NCBI GenBank assembly: GCA_017513085.1
Contig: JAFWDK010000013.1
Location: 1 to 39,857 of the forward strand
Direction: 5' to 3'
DNA: 39,857 bases
Source of the DNA: Clostridiales bacterium
GTDB taxonomy: Bacteria > Bacillota > Clostridia > Saccharofermentanales > Saccharofermentanaceae
The translations under genes were made by a program, and so were the position numbers. The notes beneath the pieces were generated by a model. That model did no database searches and was not told the DNA's origin. It was given only the letters and a program-made list of their open reading frames with translations. How positions within the stretch are numbered: the first letter of the stretch is position 1; each line of letters starts with the position of its first letter. This document shows positions 37,020 to 39,857 of this stretch, one piece after another.

Positions 37020-39083
37020 TCATACAGTTCCACGTTCGATTCCATAGGATGCGCAGATCTCCGTAAACTCAGGAGAAACCGCAAAGCCTCGCAGTACATC
37101 GATCCGGGAGGTTCCTTCCTTGAGTTTTCCGACCCAATACTTCAAACCATCCTCTTCCGCCTCACGGCCCATGAAAGTCTCGTAGAGTGCTTTTACATAC
37201 TCTTCGTCTGAAGCTTTCTTATTCTGATACTCTTTTGATTCGAAGAAGTCACGTGCCAGCTCCGCGCCGGTCGCCTCCAGGTTCGTCAGTTTGAGCGCCC
37301 AGAACATAAGCCCATCCTGCTCCGCCTCACGGCCGAGGCACTTCGTGTACAATCTCTCGGCGAATGCTTTTGCCGCATCAGACGGGATCTCCGCCTTAGC
37401 TGTCGGTGCGCCGGACTTTACACCATACTTGGCGCAAAGGTTGCACCATTCCTTGGAATCCACGAAATTCTCCACGACAGCCTGGCGCGAACCGCCGTCC
37501 TTGAGGAATTTCAGCCAGAATGCCAATCCGTCTGCCTCCGGTTCTCTGTCAAAGAACGTAGCATAAACCGTTGTCATAAACTGCTCGTCCGTCGTCTTTT
37601 TCTGCAGGAATTCCGGTCCTGTCAGGAAGAAGAGCGCACAGTATCCGCCTGTATATTCGCCTTTCTTAACTTTTTCGGTCCAGAACGCCTTGCCATCCGG
37701 CTCGGACTCACGTCCAAGAGCTACCTTATAAAGTCTTTCGACGAACTCGCCAAAGTCATATACCGGCTCCGGCTTTTTCTCCCAAACTGCAAAGATAACG
37801 AGATCCTCATTCACTTTGGAATTAAAATCATATTCTCCTCTCGGATTACCATCGTCCTCATCCAGCGTCCAGTATTTGAATTCCATACCTTCCTTGGTCG
37901 GATCCTCCGGCTTGACCACCTGACCATCCGGCTTGACCATCTGAGCCGTTACCGAACTTCCTCCATCCGTCACAAAATTGACGATCCACATATCTTCATC
38001 CGCCCACAAGGCATATAATGTAACATCGTTTTTGAAGTAATTACCCGGAAGCTCAACATTTTCTCTGATAAGATGCTCAGCATCGTCTTTGGCATCCGCC
38101 CATGCAATGAACTTCTTCTCACCGTTAATAAAGTGGTTACTCGTGACCGGCAGCGGATCGAGAGCATTATGGATCAAGCTGAAAGACGTTTCTCCTTTTT
38201 CATCCGCACCACCATTACCATCATAGGTAACCTTGATCTCACGGACCTTGATCTCCCAATTCTCAACGACAAACCAGAATCTTCCTTCGTTATTCAGGAA
38301 AGATACTTTCTCCGGGAAGAAAGCAATATCGAAATACACTACAGCCTCCGGTGCGCTCTTGAGAGCAAAACCGACTTTATCTACTTTATTCTGCTTATCC
38401 GGCAGAAGGCTCTCGACCACCTCAACAGAATACGGGAACTGGATAATACTTTCATAGCGTCCGTCTTCACGAGGATCCTGATTCGCATACTTGGAATACT
38501 CTTCCCAAGTCTTTCCACCATCCAGGGTAACCAGTGCATCTTCCTTCTTCACACCATCCGGAGCCACAAAGCAAACCCACAACGCGTAGTGCTTATTCTG
38601 CGTAAAACATACATCCCGGAATTCCGCACCTTTGTCAGTAAGCTCGCCATTGAACTCAGGATTCGCTTCCAGGCAGATCTCCCATCCGCCATTAATGACC
38701 TCCCAGGTCGCCTCGATCATCGTATTCTTATGAACAGGTGTATGCAGGTCATACGGCTCACCATTGCAGATCCAGCCCTTGAAGACATGGCAATTATCCC
38801 ACTCCGGATCCGGCACCTTATCAAGAGTCGGATCCTGCTGTCTAGCAATCTCCAAAAAAGTATCGTAAGCATTCTCACCGTCTTTCACCGGTATAATGAG
38901 CAGTTCGTCACCGTTTTTCAGATCAACAGTAACCGACCACGTCGTCACATCCGCGTCCACATCCGCACGCAGCCTGCGACCATATCCAAGGATCAAAGCA
39001 ACACTCGCCAGCATTGACGCCACGATCAGCCAGGCTACGACCGCCCGCGAACCGCGTCTTGTTTTCACGTTACTCGTCAACAT
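37020..39083 (-). CDS. secreted surface protein with three InlB B-repeat (Flg_new)-like domains and DUF4214-type tail
   Basis: RBS GAGGAGG before ATG 39083; signal peptide; FKGW...YDLHTPV, YDGNGG...VTLYALW, KPEDPTKEGMEFKYW...YDFNSKV; FVERLYKVALGR...YGIERGTV. Confidence 0.88.
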   Translation of the reverse strand: MLTSNVKTRRGSRAVVAWLIVASMLASVALILGYGRRLRADVDADVTTWSVTVDLKNGDELLIIPVKDGENAYDTFLEIARQQDPTLDKVPDPEWDNCHVFKGWICNGEPYDLHTPVHKNTMIEATWEVINGGWEICLEANPEFNGELTDKGAEFRDVCFTQNKHYALWVCFVAPDGVKKEDALVTLDGGKTWEEYSKYANQDPREDGRYESIIQFPYSVEVVESLLPDKQNKVDKVGFALKSAPEAVVYFDIAFFPEKVSFLNNEGRFWFVVENWEIKVREIKVTYDGNGGADEKGETSFSLIHNALDPLPVTSNHFINGEKKFIAWADAKDDAEHLIRENVELPGNYFKNDVTLYALWADEDMWIVNFVTDGGSSVTAQMVKPDGQVVKPEDPTKEGMEFKYWTLDEDDGNPRGEYDFNSKVNEDLVIFAVWEKKPEPVYDFGEFVERLYKVALGRESEPDGKAFWTEKVKKGEYTGGYCALFFLTGPEFLQKKTTDEQFMTTVYATFFDREPEADGLAFWLKFLKDGGSRQAVVENFVDSKEWCNLCAKYGVKSGAPTAKAEIPSDAAKAFAERLYTKCLGREAEQDGLMFWALKLTNLEATGAELARDFFESKEYQNKKASDEEYVKALYETFMGREAEEDGLKYWVGKLKEGTSRIDVLRGFAVSPEFTEICASYGIERGTV

Positions 39084-39212
39084 AAACAACCCTCCTCGAA
39101 AACATAATAATAATTTTATTCTAGTGCTTTTGGCAGGGCGCTTCAACGAAAACATTTAACTATTCACAAGATCGTCTATCTTTTTTCAAATTATTCATAA
39201 AAAACACCTCTG

Positions 39213-39344
39213 TACGAAATATAACGCTGCGGGCACGGGCGGGTCAGGGATAGACGGTGACGAGCGGTTAGCCGTGGTAATTTTACGAAATACAACGCTG
39301 CGGGCACGGGCAGGTCAGGGATAGACGGCGACGAGCGGTTAGCC
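39213..39344. repeat. 61-bp direct repeat, two copies with 71-bp period
   Basis: TACGAAATA(T/C)AACGCTGCGGGCACGGGC(G/A)GGTCAGGGATAGACGG(T/C)GACGAGCGGTTAGCC at 39213 and 39284; 3 mismatches. Confidence 0.95.
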
Positions 39345-39857
39345 ACAGCTAACCTTCTGTTTACTGGTAAAATGTTCCGAATTGGTAGTTTTACTGGTAA
39401 ATTGAGCTGCGGTTAGCTATTGCTAACTGCCGGTTTTACTGGTAAAATCTCCAAAATCGGTAGTTTTAACAGTAATTCGATAGCGGTTAGTTATGACTAA
39501 CCGCATGGTTTACTGGTAGAATCTTCAAAATCGATGTTTTCACCAGTAAATTCCTGCCCTTTTCCGACCCATTTACTGGTAAAATCCTTCAAAATGCACA
39601 TTCTACCAGTAAATGTCAAGAAAAGAATTCAAAATCGTCGATAAATTACTGGTAAAATCACTGAAATCGAGGATTTTACCAGTAAACGCACGAGTTAGTC
39701 TAAACTAACTACCATGTTTACGGGCAGATTCGACGATTTGCTCCATTTAGCCCGTAAAATTTGCCGTTTTTTGAATTCTTTTCTTGACATTTACGGGCTA
39801 AATCAACGTTTTCTTCATTTCAGCCCGTAATTCCCTCCGAAAAGCACTGGATTTTAC
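39335..39857. repeat. mosaic array of 42-bp palindromic units with recurring linkers (REP/BIME-like), open at window edge
   Basis: Units TTTACTGGTAAAAT-N14-ATTTTACCAGTAAA (variants) start at 39360, 39435, 39509, 39572, 39645, 39717 and 39790; a probable eighth begins at 39853. Confidence 0.9.

Noticed and set aside
39348-39500. Integron attC sites (CTAAC...hairpin...GTTAG)
   Set aside because: The resemblance is superficial: GTTRRRY is not matched, there are no cassette ORFs between the sites, no integrase is seen, and several units lack these ends.
39335-39857. CRISPR array
   Set aside because: The repeats are degenerate and switch orientation, the intervening sequences recur as a few linker classes instead of unique spacers, and no cas genes lie in the window.

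Overview
Chromosomal window from a moderately GC-rich Firmicute. The gene content suggests a Clostridia-like anaerobe; this is inferred, not verified. From left to right: a truncated tRNA-Leu(UAG); an ABC-2 exporter + HisKA_3/NarL two-component operon; an NCS2 purine permease; a lipoprotein; a small alarmone synthetase; the run lepA-lepB-hisS-rsmE, headed by an LRR/DUF4214 surface protein; a DUF4230-like gene, an XRE regulator, two small ORFs and a lipoprotein; a second paralogous ABC-2 + two-component operon; a convergent c-di-GMP pair; a GH16-CBM4 lipoprotein with a divergent AraC regulator; a thioesterase; and two more DUF4214-tailed surface proteins. The c-di-GMP pair is an ECF-S-like/beta-propeller/YYY/GGDEF cyclase and an HD-GYP gene split by one in-frame TAG. 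The most unusual signals are non-coding. (1) At the right edge is a mosaic array of 42-bp palindromic units (14-14-14) with recurring linker types, covarying arms and large-scale mirror symmetry; it runs off the window. (2) There are two 46-47-bp IS3/IS150-end-like hairpin elements, one inserted into a terminator loop with a 3-bp target duplication. (3) A shared ATGAC-N4-GTCA(T/C) palindrome sits at nearly the same position upstream of both ABC/two-component operons. All family calls come from motif recognition by eye; no searches were run.
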